A DNA stretch of 64,000 nt from Minisyncoccia bacterium (GTDB taxonomy: Bacteria; Patescibacteriota; Minisyncoccia; Phycocordibacterales; UBA918). Below are positions 47,242 through 56,982 of the stretch, one piece after another (the first letter of the stretch is position 1; each line of letters opens with the position of its first letter). The notes beneath the pieces were generated by a model. It did no database searches, was not told where the DNA came from, and saw only the letters and a list, made by a program, of their open reading frames with translations. The position numbers and the translations under genes were made by a program. The DNA is taken from NCBI GenBank assembly GCA_041742075.1, contig JBGSJJ010000005.1:97481-161480 (forward strand), given 5' to 3'.

Positions 47242-48494
47242 TGTCTACTAAGGCAGTTACATTTAAAGTAGAAGCACGTGGTAAAGGTACTCTAGCGCGA
47301 GCGGGAGTTATTTCTACCCCGCATGGAGATATACAAACGCCGGCATTTGTTGTGGTTGGAACCAAGGCAAGTGTGAAGAGCTTGATGCCCGAAGACATGA
47401 CGCAGTATGTTGGCAATCAAGTAACGCTCGCTAATACCTACCATCTCTTTCTTCAGCCGGGGCATGAAGTTATAAAAGCTGGCGGAGGACTGCATACCTT
47501 TGCAAACTGGCAGATGCCAACCATGACCGATTCGGGTGGTTTTCAGGTATTTAGTCTTGGTGCCGCCTTTGGCAAAGGGGTGACAAAATTCGCCAAAGGT
47601 GACGTCGATACCGAGACGAGTGTACCTGCCAAAGCTGGCCTCAACGTCTATAGCCAGAAGTTTGCCGAAGACCACGGTAAGCTCTGTATTATTGATGAAG
47701 AAGGTGTGACGTTTACGTCACACATCGATGGCTCGATGCACCGCTTCACCGCTGAACGCTCGATAGAGATTCAGCACGCTATTGGTGCTGACATCATTAT
47801 TGCTTTCGATGAGTGTACGGCGCCGGCTGCTGACTATGACTACCAGAAGGAAGCGATGGAAAGAACGCACCGCTGGGCCAAGCGCTCAATCATGTCACAC
47901 AAACAAAACTATGAAGCGCTTAAGAAGCAAGGGCTTTACGGTGTCGTGCAAGGCGGACGGTTTTTGGATTTGAGACAAGAGAGTGCTCGAACGCTTAGTG
48001 ATATGGATTTTGATGGCTTTGGTATTGGCGGGAGTTTTTCTAAAGAAGACTTAGGCGAGTCACTCAAGGTAGTAAATGAGTTATTGCCTGAAGATAAACC
48101 AAGACATCTCCTCGGTATTGGTGAACCAGAGGATATTGTAAATGGTGTTCTCATGGGGTGCGATACGTTCGACTGCGTGGCACCAACTCGGATTGGCCGA
48201 ACTGGTACCATTTACGTACAAACGGGCGTTATGAAGACAACCCCATGTGGTACCTTTACCTATCCTGAAACTAAGAAAATAAATCTCCTTAATGAAAAGT
48301 ATAAAACTGACCACACTCTGCTTGATCCGCTAAGTGAAGGCTACGTAGCAGGGAAGTACACCAAAGCCTACGTAGCCCACCTTTTCCGCTCTGGTGAAAT
48401 CCTCGGTCCGCACTTGGCTTCTATTCACAACCTCAACTTCATAGTCAGTTTCACTAAAAACTTACGAGCACAGATACTATTGAAATATTCTTAA
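47241..48494 (+). CDS. tgt: Queuine tRNA-ribosyltransferase (tRNA-guanine transglycosylase).
   Basis: TDSGGFQVFSLG, catalytic-region LGIGEPEDIVNGVLMGCDTFDCVAPTR, Zn site CGTFTY. Confidence 0.85.
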   Translation: MSTKAVTFKVEARGKGTLARAGVISTPHGDIQTPAFVVVGTKASVKSLMPEDMTQYVGNQVTLANTYHLFLQPGHEVIKAGGGLHTFANWQMPTMTDSGGFQVFSLGAAFGKGVTKFAKGDVDTETSVPAKAGLNVYSQKFAEDHGKLCIIDEEGVTFTSHIDGSMHRFTAERSIEIQHAIGADIIIAFDECTAPAADYDYQKEAMERTHRWAKRSIMSHKQNYEALKKQGLYGVVQGGRFLDLRQESARTLSDMDFDGFGIGGSFSKEDLGESLKVVNELLPEDKPRHLLGIGEPEDIVNGVLMGCDTFDCVAPTRIGRTGTIYVQTGVMKTTPCGTFTYPETKKINLLNEKYKTDHTLLDPLSEGYVAGKYTKAYVAHLFRSGEILGPHLASIHNLNFIVSFTKNLRAQILLKYS

Positions 48495-48516
48495 AACGTA
48501 GTATATTATTAAAACT

Positions 48517-48885
48517 ATGTTATCTGCTGGGGTTATAAAAAAGAAAGTTGCTACTTCAAAGAAGCAAATGCCAGTATCTTCGATTTCTGTTGTTTATAAG
48601 AGCCAACAAGGTATGTGGCGTGGATTTGTTGTGCCATATGACGTTACTTATGAAGGTAACTCAAAGAAAAAAGTACTTGAGATACTTCAGAGCATGAGAG
48701 ATTTGTACGTTCAAGGACTGTATAGATACAATAGCCCAACCCATTTGTCTGACGTGCCACTTTCAGACGATGAAGATATAAAAGTTTTTAATCGTATTTC
48801 TCCTGAGCTGCTGAAAAGAACTTTGACTGGAAACTTCAAATTTGAGTCAAAAGATTTATATGCAGAAGCTCAATTACCCGCTTAA
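48517..48885 (+). CDS. Small hypothetical protein. Weak resemblance to a HicB-like antitoxin fold.
   Basis: VVYKSQQGMWRGFVVPYDVTYEGNSKKKVLEILQSMRDL resembles the HicB pattern (Y.A.IE.DE.GGY.V..PDLPGC...G.T.EEAL.N). Similarity judged by eye only. Confidence 0.3.
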   Translation: MLSAGVIKKKVATSKKQMPVSSISVVYKSQQGMWRGFVVPYDVTYEGNSKKKVLEILQSMRDLYVQGLYRYNSPTHLSDVPLSDDEDIKVFNRISPELLKRTLTGNFKFESKDLYAEAQLPA

Positions 48886-49141
48886 TGTATATATTAAAGC
48901 TGTTGAAGCAATCCTAGAAAGAAAGGGCTTAAGTCATATTAAGTGTTATGAAGGAAGTAAAGGTAGTGCTGTTCATTTTGATCTTTTTGTAAAAAATGAA
49001 TTAAAACCATTAGCTATGTGGCAGGTACATACTGAACATAAATCCAAAAGACGAATCGTCTCAAAAGAAGACTATAAAAAAGCTTGCCGTCATCTTGGTG
49101 TGACATTAGAAGATTTTGTAGATGTCCTTAATGAAATTTAA
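48842..49141 (+). CDS. Small hypothetical protein. Weak resemblance to a HicA-like toxin. Overlaps the upstream ORF by 44 bp in a different frame.
   Basis: ERKGLSHIKCYEGSKGSAVHF...HTEHKSKRRIVSKEDYKKACRHLGVTLEDF against the HicA pattern kGw......GSHH.f.......v.vP.H...i....l..IlkqlGl. Confidence 0.3.
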   Translation: MSQKIYMQKLNYPLNVYIKAVEAILERKGLSHIKCYEGSKGSAVHFDLFVKNELKPLAMWQVHTEHKSKRRIVSKEDYKKACRHLGVTLEDFVDVLNEI

Positions 49142-51146
49142 ACTCGCAACCGACAAAACACCAGCTGGAGACCAACCAAAAGCCATTGAGGCCTTGGTTA
49201 AGGGTATTCGTGCCGGCTATACACACCAGACGCTCCTTGGTGTAACTGGCTCTGGTAAGACCTATACGGCAGCGAACGTCATTGCGCAAATTCAGAAGCC
49301 GACTCTGGTCATCGCCCACAACAAGACGCTAGCGGCCCAGCTCGCGCAAGAGTACCGTGACTTTTTCCCGGACAATGCCGTTCATTACTTCGTCTCCTAC
49401 TATGACTACTATCAGCCTGAGGCGTATATGCCAACTTCTGATACCTACATTGAGAAGGAGGCGCAAATCAACGAAGAAATTGACCGCCTTCGGCACGCTT
49501 CGACTCAGGCGCTTTTAACGAGAGACGATGTGATTATCGTCGCTTCGGTTTCGTGTATTTATGGACTCGGTGCACCAACTGAATACCTGAAGCGTCACAT
49601 TAAGTTTGAAAAAGGTTTTCAAACGACGCGAACAGAGCTTCTTCGAACACTGATTGATTTATACTTTGAACGAACCAACGCTGACCTTACGCCCGGTCAG
49701 TTTCGGGCGGTCGGAAATACTGTTGAAATCATGCCAACGAACGAACGGGTTATTTTCAGACTCAGTTTTACGGCTAACACGGTCACTTCTATCACCAAGA
49801 TAGACGCCGTCACGAGAGAAATTATCGAAGAGTCGGAAGTATTTTTTTTGTTCCCCGCTAAGCACTTTGTTACGCCAGAAGATGAACGCAAGGTAGCTAT
49901 CGAAGACATTAAGCTTGAACTTGATGAACAACTCAAAAAATTTAAAGCGGAAGGCAAGCTCCTTGAAGCAGAGCGTATCAAACGTCGAACCCAATACGAC
50001 CTGGCTCTACTAAGAGAAGTTGGCTACTGCAATGGTATTGAAAACTACTCGCGTCACTTCGATAGACGTAAGGCCGGCGAACCGCCACACACACTGCTTT
50101 CATATTTTCCACACAAGGAAGATGGTACACCAGACTTCCTTACCATTATCGATGAATCACACGTTACTATTCCGCAAATTAACGGCATGTATGCTGGCGA
50201 CCGCTCACGCAAGGACACGTTGGTAGAGTTCGGTTTCAGACTACCGAGTGCAGTTGATAACCGACCACTTAAGTTTGCTGAGTTTGAGAAAAGTGTTGGT
50301 CAAAGAATCTATACCTCAGCTACTCCAGGTAAGTATGAGTATGCTGAATTAGAGCGTAGCGGGGTAAAAATGATTGAACAAATAATTAGGCCAACTGGTT
50401 TGGTTGACCCGATCATCGACGTACGACCGATCATACAAACAGCTGATTACCCAGGTCAGATTAAAGACTTTATTGATGAAGCCATTACGGTGATACAGGG
50501 TGGTATGCGCGTTCTTACCACCACACTGACTAAGAAAATGGCTGAAGACTTATCTGAATACCTAACAGAGAAGGGAGTTAGTACCAAGTATATTCATAGT
50601 GATATTCAGACACTAGAACGTATCGACATCATGATGGATTTTCGAAAAGGGAAGTTCGACTGCTTGGTGGGGGTGAACCTACTCCGAGAAGGTCTCGATT
50701 TACCGGAGGTCGAACTTGTTGCTATTCTTGATGCCGACAAAGCTGGTTTTCTCCGCAGTGAGACCGCCCTCATTCAAACTATCGGCCGAGCCGCCCGTAA
50801 CGTAAACGGTAGAGTAATTCTCTATGCTGACCAAATGACTGACGCGCTCGAGTACGCTATTTCTGAAACTAATCGACGTCGGGAATTACAACTAAAGTAT
50901 AATGAAAAAAACGGTATCACTCCGACCACTATCGCTAAAGAAATCCGCTCGATCGCTGATCAGCTCCGTACCAAGCATGACGAGACTGTTGAAACCCTCC
51001 TCAAAGTTGATGTGGCTTTATTTAAACAAAATCCGAAGAAAATCATTAAGGAAAAGCGTCGACAAATGGAGGAAGCGGTCGCCATTTTGGACTTTGAAAC
51101 TGCAGCTATTATACGAGATGAGATTAAATACCTAGAAACACTATAG
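49122..51146 (+). CDS. uvrB: Excinuclease ABC subunit B.
   Basis: PAGDQPKAIEALVKGIRAGYTHQTLLGVTGSGKT, helicase motifs, beta-hairpin region, and the C-terminal UVR motif AAIIRDEIKYLE. Confidence 0.95.
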   Translation: MSLMKFKLATDKTPAGDQPKAIEALVKGIRAGYTHQTLLGVTGSGKTYTAANVIAQIQKPTLVIAHNKTLAAQLAQEYRDFFPDNAVHYFVSYYDYYQPEAYMPTSDTYIEKEAQINEEIDRLRHASTQALLTRDDVIIVASVSCIYGLGAPTEYLKRHIKFEKGFQTTRTELLRTLIDLYFERTNADLTPGQFRAVGNTVEIMPTNERVIFRLSFTANTVTSITKIDAVTREIIEESEVFFLFPAKHFVTPEDERKVAIEDIKLELDEQLKKFKAEGKLLEAERIKRRTQYDLALLREVGYCNGIENYSRHFDRRKAGEPPHTLLSYFPHKEDGTPDFLTIIDESHVTIPQINGMYAGDRSRKDTLVEFGFRLPSAVDNRPLKFAEFEKSVGQRIYTSATPGKYEYAELERSGVKMIEQIIRPTGLVDPIIDVRPIIQTADYPGQIKDFIDEAITVIQGGMRVLTTTLTKKMAEDLSEYLTEKGVSTKYIHSDIQTLERIDIMMDFRKGKFDCLVGVNLLREGLDLPEVELVAILDADKAGFLRSETALIQTIGRAARNVNGRVILYADQMTDALEYAISETNRRRELQLKYNEKNGITPTTIAKEIRSIADQLRTKHDETVETLLKVDVALFKQNPKKIIKEKRRQMEEAVAILDFETAAIIRDEIKYLETL

Positions 51147-51184
51147 TTCTAGACAGGATTAAAAGGGTGATATACTAGTCATAT

Positions 51185-51553
51185 ATGAAAAAAATACTTC
51201 TGGTTGAAGACGATGCGTATATCCGAGACATTACAGCGACAAGACTCCAGGAACATTCATTTGAAGTATTTACTGCCGGCACTGGCGAACAGGCATTAAC
51301 CCAAATGGACACTGTCGTTCCAGACTTAGTCCTTATGGATTTAGATCTACCTGATACCTATGGCCTCGATATTTTGGCTGAAATGAGAGATAACGATTCA
51401 CTAAAGCTAGTGCCAGTGATTGTGTTTACCAACAACGATGCACCGGAAATTATAGAAAAAGTTATGACCTCAGGTGCGCAAGATTTTTTCAATAAAGCGA
51501 TGACTGATTTCGATCAGCTCCTTGAAGTGATCCAAAAAAACATAGGAAGCTAG
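51185..51553 (+). CDS. Single-domain response regulator (CheY-like receiver only).
   Basis: KILLVEDDAYIRD...DLVLMDLDLPDTYGLDIL...VPVIVFT. Confidence 0.8.
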   Translation: MKKILLVEDDAYIRDITATRLQEHSFEVFTAGTGEQALTQMDTVVPDLVLMDLDLPDTYGLDILAEMRDNDSLKLVPVIVFTNNDAPEIIEKVMTSGAQDFFNKAMTDFDQLLEVIQKNIGS

Positions 51554-51617
51554 CTCGTCCATAGTTATCGACAGTTTAGAGTAAGGAACTCAACCTCTTT
51601 CCTGTATACTTACCAGT

Positions 51618-54299
51618 ATGAAATCCACTCCAAAAGTGGCTAGAGAAACTAAAGTCTCCAAAAAAGATTCAGTCAAAGCTGAAAAGCTTTCTTCGTCTAA
51701 ACCAAAAAAGAAGCTTGTACTGAAGACAGCCAAGTCTTCTTCTAAGAAGGCATCCACCGTTGCTATTAAAAACAAAACTACGGTCAAGGAGCGGATGTTG
51801 AGCAAAATGTCTAAAGTGGAAGCCTTACACGGCTCGAAGAAGACAGATCCTGTAAAGTCTAAAACGTTTAAAGAGAACAAGTCAAAGGCTTTGGCTATAC
51901 TGTCACCTTTTAGGTTACCGTTTGACGCTCAGATAGTCGCTAAACAGACCGCCCGCTACGGAGGTATTACTTTTGTCACTGTTGGTGCTCTTTTTGCGTT
52001 GTTTTATGCTCAGTTGATCCAGCTCCCCATCAATGCCACTAGCCAACTTAGTCAAGCGTGCTCTTCATCCGATGTGACGTGTATTACAGAACAAGGAGTA
52101 AACTTGCTTGAGCGAAACAACGACAATATCACTGAACCAAGTGGCGTACTACAGCAACCGACCATAGCTAGTACTACACCACCCAAAGTGCCGACCATCT
52201 CACGTCCGCCAGCTATCTTTACGATTGGAGCCACAGAACCATACCGAGGTATTTTACCTATAAACCTCACTGTGGCTGAAGCTACTTCAGTTCGTATTTC
52301 TGCCTACTTTGAAGGCTCGGGTAGAAACATTAACCTCGGTAGTGCTCGGCAAGAAAATGGTGCCTGGGTGTATACCTGGAATACAACAAATTTTGATAAT
52401 GGTCGCTACCGACTCAAAGCCTTGATAACCAATAAAACTGGCTCATACGAAGCAGTCCATCCAGATCGAGTCGTGATTGAGAACGTTGTTGTTACTGAAG
52501 AAGAGGAAGACATTGAAGCAGAAGAGCAGGCAATCAGTCAAAACAACAACACTCTTAACTACGAGTATAATTTTGACAAAACAAGTATTACTTTGTCCCA
52601 GGAGTTTCCTGATCCAAAAGTTTCTGACAATGTAAAAATTTACTTTGTTGACACGACAAACAGCCAGAAAAAGTTTTTAAATGAATCACACTTCTATAGC
52701 TACCTACTACAGGCTAACGACTCTGGAGCCTTTACCTGGAAAGTAACCATTAAGGCGCCGAACCTCCCGAGTGGCAAATACGTAATTCGTACCGAGCGCT
52801 TTCGAAATAATGTCTTAATTGATATTGGTAAAAAAGAAATTGACTACAAAAACAGTAACTTCAACACAATTGAAGATTCAGGAGACTTAGTAAAGAACGA
52901 GACTGGAGCCGTTATCTCGGTTCGTGGAGCGCAGTCCCTCAGTAAGTTCGCAGACGTAGTAGTTGAAACATCAGATGCAACTTTTGCAGAAGTTTACGCT
53001 GTTAATACCGCTTCAGTCAACAACATCTTCCTTGGCCTCGCAAGAAAGACTGGTACAGGAACCTGGGTACTTAACTGGGATACGAAGCAAATTCCAAATA
53101 GCACCTACCAGCTATTTGCACGAATTGGTGGCTCAAAAGGTATCTACGAAACAAACCGTATCACCGTAAATATAAGAAATGAACGACAGACGACACCAAC
53201 TATCACCGAGGTTGAGGAGTTAACTACCCGCACCGAAGAAATCAAAGTTATTCTTAATGATAATGTACTTCTTAAGAGTAATCTTTGGAATTCTGACCAA
53301 GGTACTTCTACCGAACCACTATTCAATGATTTCTTATTAGACTACCAAGATACGCTTCAAGAAGAGTTCCAGCGCTACGCCGCTGCTATCCGCTCTGGCA
53401 ACGAAAGCTCTATAGCAGTAGCTAACACTCGTCTTCTAGGACTTGAAAATGAATACTTAAGTGTAATTGCTGGTGCCCCAAACAATGAAGAACTAGAGCG
53501 AATTTTTACAGAATACATAGCAAACGCCCGAGCTCGGATTGAAGGTGATGTACTCAAAATTGAACGTATTGTTTCAGAACGAACAAGTGAATCGATGCTC
53601 GTTGACTCTGACCGAGACGAAGTGTCTGACTTTGACGAAATTTATATTTACAAGACTAATCCCTTTTCTGCCGACACCAGTGGCAAGGGTATCCCAGACG
53701 GTGTTGCTATTTTAAATGGCCTTGATCCACTGAGTACTGATTCAAATGCCTCGATAGTCTTTGAGTCACCAAAGGACATTGGCGTTATTCGTGAAGATAT
53801 TTTGAGTGTACAAAGTATTACTGCAGTAGCTCAAGATGAATCAACAGGTGATGTAACTGCAACTGTAGCTCCAGCAGTTATTTCAGGAACTGCCTTACCA
53901 AATAGTTTTGTTACAATCTATATCTTTAGTAATCCAATCGTAGTAACCGTTAAAACAGAAGCTGATGGAAGCTGGCAATACAGATTTGAAAAGGAGCTTG
54001 AAGACGGTGAACACTCCGTATATGTAGCCTTAACTGACAACTCTGGTCGTATTATTGCCCGCAGTGAGCCATTTAGTTTCATCAAGCAAGCGCAAGCGTA
54101 TACAACAATTGATGAAGCGCTGTCTGGTAGTGTCTCAAATCAGACTGATTCAAATGACTACTCATTCTTCTCTTCATCACTTATTTATCTTGTTCTTTCC
54201 TTCGCGGTTGTAACAATTGGCCTCGTACTTCTTCTTCTTGGTATGTTTCTTGACAAGCGTCGCAAGGTCGAGAACATGATGCAAGAAGAAACTTTGTAA
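51618..54299 (+). CDS. Large membrane protein (893 aa). Domains in order: Lys-rich cytoplasmic N-terminal tail of about 100 aa, a transmembrane helix, an extracytoplasmic region of about 750 aa, and a C-terminal transmembrane helix.
   Basis: N-terminus KKLVLKTAKSSSKKASTVAIKNKTTVKER... Transmembrane helices ITFVTVGALFALFYAQLI and LIYLVLSFAVVTIGLVLLLLGMF. Asp-rich putative Ca-binding stretch DSDRDEVSDFDE. Confidence 0.6.
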   Translation: MKSTPKVARETKVSKKDSVKAEKLSSSKPKKKLVLKTAKSSSKKASTVAIKNKTTVKERMLSKMSKVEALHGSKKTDPVKSKTFKENKSKALAILSPFRLPFDAQIVAKQTARYGGITFVTVGALFALFYAQLIQLPINATSQLSQACSSSDVTCITEQGVNLLERNNDNITEPSGVLQQPTIASTTPPKVPTISRPPAIFTIGATEPYRGILPINLTVAEATSVRISAYFEGSGRNINLGSARQENGAWVYTWNTTNFDNGRYRLKALITNKTGSYEAVHPDRVVIENVVVTEEEEDIEAEEQAISQNNNTLNYEYNFDKTSITLSQEFPDPKVSDNVKIYFVDTTNSQKKFLNESHFYSYLLQANDSGAFTWKVTIKAPNLPSGKYVIRTERFRNNVLIDIGKKEIDYKNSNFNTIEDSGDLVKNETGAVISVRGAQSLSKFADVVVETSDATFAEVYAVNTASVNNIFLGLARKTGTGTWVLNWDTKQIPNSTYQLFARIGGSKGIYETNRITVNIRNERQTTPTITEVEELTTRTEEIKVILNDNVLLKSNLWNSDQGTSTEPLFNDFLLDYQDTLQEEFQRYAAAIRSGNESSIAVANTRLLGLENEYLSVIAGAPNNEELERIFTEYIANARARIEGDVLKIERIVSERTSESMLVDSDRDEVSDFDEIYIYKTNPFSADTSGKGIPDGVAILNGLDPLSTDSNASIVFESPKDIGVIREDILSVQSITAVAQDESTGDVTATVAPAVISGTALPNSFVTIYIFSNPIVVTVKTEADGSWQYRFEKELEDGEHSVYVALTDNSGRIIARSEPFSFIKQAQAYTTIDEALSGSVSNQTDSNDYSFFSSSLIYLVLSFAVVTIGLVLLLLGMFLDKRRKVENMMQEETL

Positions 54300-54303
54300 C
54301 TTT

Positions 54304-55683
54304 ATGGTTTCATACGCCATTCGAATGATTTTACGTGGCGGAGAGTATCTACGTTCACATCCACAACTTTTGTTTGTGTTGACACTTCTCGTGGTGATTC
54401 CACTTCTTTTTCTCTACAGTGGTCAGCAGTTTCTCGACGCTGGTAGAGCCAACCAAGATCGCTTACAGCGAGATAAGGTAGGTATTTTGCATGATGTGTT
54501 TGCATCACTTATCATTAGTTCAGATTTCAATAATGAAGTAATCCAAAATGAAATTGACAGAATAGCGAGAGTAAACAATGACATTGTCGACTTTAGAGTC
54601 GTCACCCTTGAAGATGGTATAGCTACTCCTATTGCCGCCCTTGATAGAGAGAAAATCGGTACCCTGGAGTCCTTCACTGACATGTTTGTTAACTCAACAG
54701 TTCGTGTAGATGAGTCACTTATATTTGAGATACCTACCTCGGATGGTCGTGTCTGGTTGTCGTATCGTTCGGTACGAAACCCAGACACTGGAGTGTTTTA
54801 CATTATTCATACTGAAACCTCTCTTGAGCTGATTGACCGCCTTTTTGCCCAACGAGAACAGTCAGCCCTTTTTTCTTTGTTATACATTTTTATTTTTATC
54901 TTGGGTCTAGCCTATTGGCATATCAGGATGTCGGATTATCGCTATTTATATCTCACTGAGAAAAAGCATAACGACGCAAAAGATACGTTTATCAACGTAG
55001 CCGCTCATGAACTAAGGGCACCGCTCACTGCTATGAAAGGCTATTCAGACATGCTCGGCGAAAAACTTACCGATGATACCCAAAAAGAATATGCGTCGCG
55101 TATATCCGTTTCTACTGAACGACTTCTTGAGATGGTTAACGACCTGCTTGACGTTGCCCGTATCCAGTCAGGTAAAATTGAAGTTGTCTTGGGCTACGTT
55201 GATGTTTCAAGAGTGGTTAATGAAGTTATTGAAGAACTATCGGTTACCGCCACAGAGAAAAATATTACTCTTACGAGTAAGGGGGCTGAAACACCACACC
55301 AAGCAATTGCTGACCAGGCTAGACTGCACCAAGTTCTCACAAACGTTATTAATAACGCGATTAAGTACACACCAAAAGGCAACATCGAAGTTGCCGTTTC
55401 AGCACGACACCGAACACTTGAAATACGTATAAAAGATACCGGTATGGGTATTGAAGCCGAGGACCAGAAAAAGTTGTTTGCACCGTTCTTCCGGGTTAAA
55501 ACCGCAGATGTCACCTCGATTACCGGTACCGGTCTTGGGATGTGGATTACCAAACAGTTAGTCTCAGTGATGCAGGGCACGATTGGCGTGGAGTCTATTA
55601 GTGGTGTTGGAACTCATATAGTGATTACCTTACCAACAAAAAGTGAGACGGTCGGTGTACACAAAGCAGAAGCAAATCTGTAA
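54304..55683 (+). CDS. Membrane sensor histidine kinase with two transmembrane helices flanking a periplasmic sensor domain of about 150 aa.
   Basis: HisKA H-box AAHELRAPLTAMKGY. HATPase_c N-box NNAIKYTP, DTGMGI, and G-box GTGLGMWI. Confidence 0.85.
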   Translation: MVSYAIRMILRGGEYLRSHPQLLFVLTLLVVIPLLFLYSGQQFLDAGRANQDRLQRDKVGILHDVFASLIISSDFNNEVIQNEIDRIARVNNDIVDFRVVTLEDGIATPIAALDREKIGTLESFTDMFVNSTVRVDESLIFEIPTSDGRVWLSYRSVRNPDTGVFYIIHTETSLELIDRLFAQREQSALFSLLYIFIFILGLAYWHIRMSDYRYLYLTEKKHNDAKDTFINVAAHELRAPLTAMKGYSDMLGEKLTDDTQKEYASRISVSTERLLEMVNDLLDVARIQSGKIEVVLGYVDVSRVVNEVIEELSVTATEKNITLTSKGAETPHQAIADQARLHQVLTNVINNAIKYTPKGNIEVAVSARHRTLEIRIKDTGMGIEAEDQKKLFAPFFRVKTADVTSITGTGLGMWITKQLVSVMQGTIGVESISGVGTHIVITLPTKSETVGVHKAEANL

Positions 55684-55718
55684 TAAGTGGATTTTCTGCA
55701 ATGTAGAGTGATAAACCT

Positions 55719-55727
55719 TGCTATACT
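55719..55727 (+). promoter_or_regulatory. Extended -10 element TGCTATACT upstream of the FIST gene.
   Basis: Exact recurrent 9-mer, 29 nt upstream of the ATG at 55757. Confidence 0.45.
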
Positions 55728-55756
55728 ATATTTAGTTAAATTAGTAAAGAAAATAT

Positions 55757-56974
55757 ATGATTATCGCATCAACATCAGTGAATTCTGGCTCAGATGACTT
55801 CGTAGTCGGCGTGTCAGCGGCCTCAGTGGCACTCAGTGACTTACAACAAAAAAAACCAGGTGCACTTCCTGTTGTTGTATACCTATTTGTTTCAATAAAC
55901 TATGACTTTGCGCTTGTTATTAAAGGAATCCGTTCAGTAATCGGTGAAGAAGTTTTAATTGTTGGTTCTTCAACCGCAGGTGAAATTTCTAATGCTGGAC
56001 CCGCCCCACGTCCTTCAGTCGCGCTCATGTTTTTGTATTCCGATAGTATTCATTTTACTTCAGCTATAGCAAACGACATAAGCACTGACTCGCAAAAAGC
56101 TGGGTCAGATGTTGCTTTTTCAATTCTTCAAAATTCTCCTGAAGCACTTAAGCTCGTTATGATGTTTGCAGACGGACTTAAAGGTAACGGTTCTGCGATT
56201 TTACGTGGACTCATCTCGCATTTAGGTGATCAATTTCCAATAGTGGGTGGCTCTTCTGGCGATAATGGCCACTTCGTTGAAACGAAACAGATTTTTCAAA
56301 ACTCAGCGTATACAGACTCAGTAGTCGGAGTTGGTATTTCAGGACCACTTGAATTTTCTGTTGGGGTCAACCATGGATGGAGTGCGGTTGGTGCACCGAG
56401 AACTGTTACAAATGCAACCGGAACGGTTGTACATACTATAGACAACGAACCAGCACTATCTTTGTATGCCCAATACTTAGGTGAAGACGAAATTGCAAAT
56501 CTTAAATCTACAACCTTAGGTGCTGTAGCTCTTTCGTATCCCCTAGGTATCAAGGATAATCAAAGTGGTGAAATGCTCCTACGGGCTCCTTTTGCTGTGC
56601 AGCCAGATGGATCTATTGTTTGTGGTGGTGAAGTAAAAACTGGTTCAATCATACAACTTATGATTGGAACAAAAGAAGACGCTATTCTCGCAGCAAGAAA
56701 AGCTGCCGAAACTGCAATGGCAGGACTTGGCAAAAAACCAGAAGCCGCTTTTATTTTTAGTTGTCACGTACGAAATACTCTTTATGCTAATCTAGAAGCC
56801 TCAAGTGCAGAAGTTAGTGCCATACAAGAAGTAATCGGATCCGATGTGCCAATGATTGGATTTTATACATATGCTGAACAGGCACCAGTCGGTGGAGTAA
56901 CCCATAACATTCATAGCTGTAATCCAGAGTTTCATAACGAAACTGTAGTCCTTGTCTTAATTGCAGAAACGTAG
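55757..56974 (+). CDS. FIST-domain signalling protein (FIST_N plus FIST_C).
   Basis: C-terminal FIST_C-like ...AAFIFSCHVRNTLYANLEASSAEVSAIQEVIGSDVPMIGFYTYAEQAP. Overall about 400 aa with the two-domain layout of FIST proteins. Confidence 0.65.
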   Translation: MIIASTSVNSGSDDFVVGVSAASVALSDLQQKKPGALPVVVYLFVSINYDFALVIKGIRSVIGEEVLIVGSSTAGEISNAGPAPRPSVALMFLYSDSIHFTSAIANDISTDSQKAGSDVAFSILQNSPEALKLVMMFADGLKGNGSAILRGLISHLGDQFPIVGGSSGDNGHFVETKQIFQNSAYTDSVVGVGISGPLEFSVGVNHGWSAVGAPRTVTNATGTVVHTIDNEPALSLYAQYLGEDEIANLKSTTLGAVALSYPLGIKDNQSGEMLLRAPFAVQPDGSIVCGGEVKTGSIIQLMIGTKEDAILAARKAAETAMAGLGKKPEAAFIFSCHVRNTLYANLEASSAEVSAIQEVIGSDVPMIGFYTYAEQAPVGGVTHNIHSCNPEFHNETVVLVLIAET

Positions 56975-56982
56975 TCTTTACT

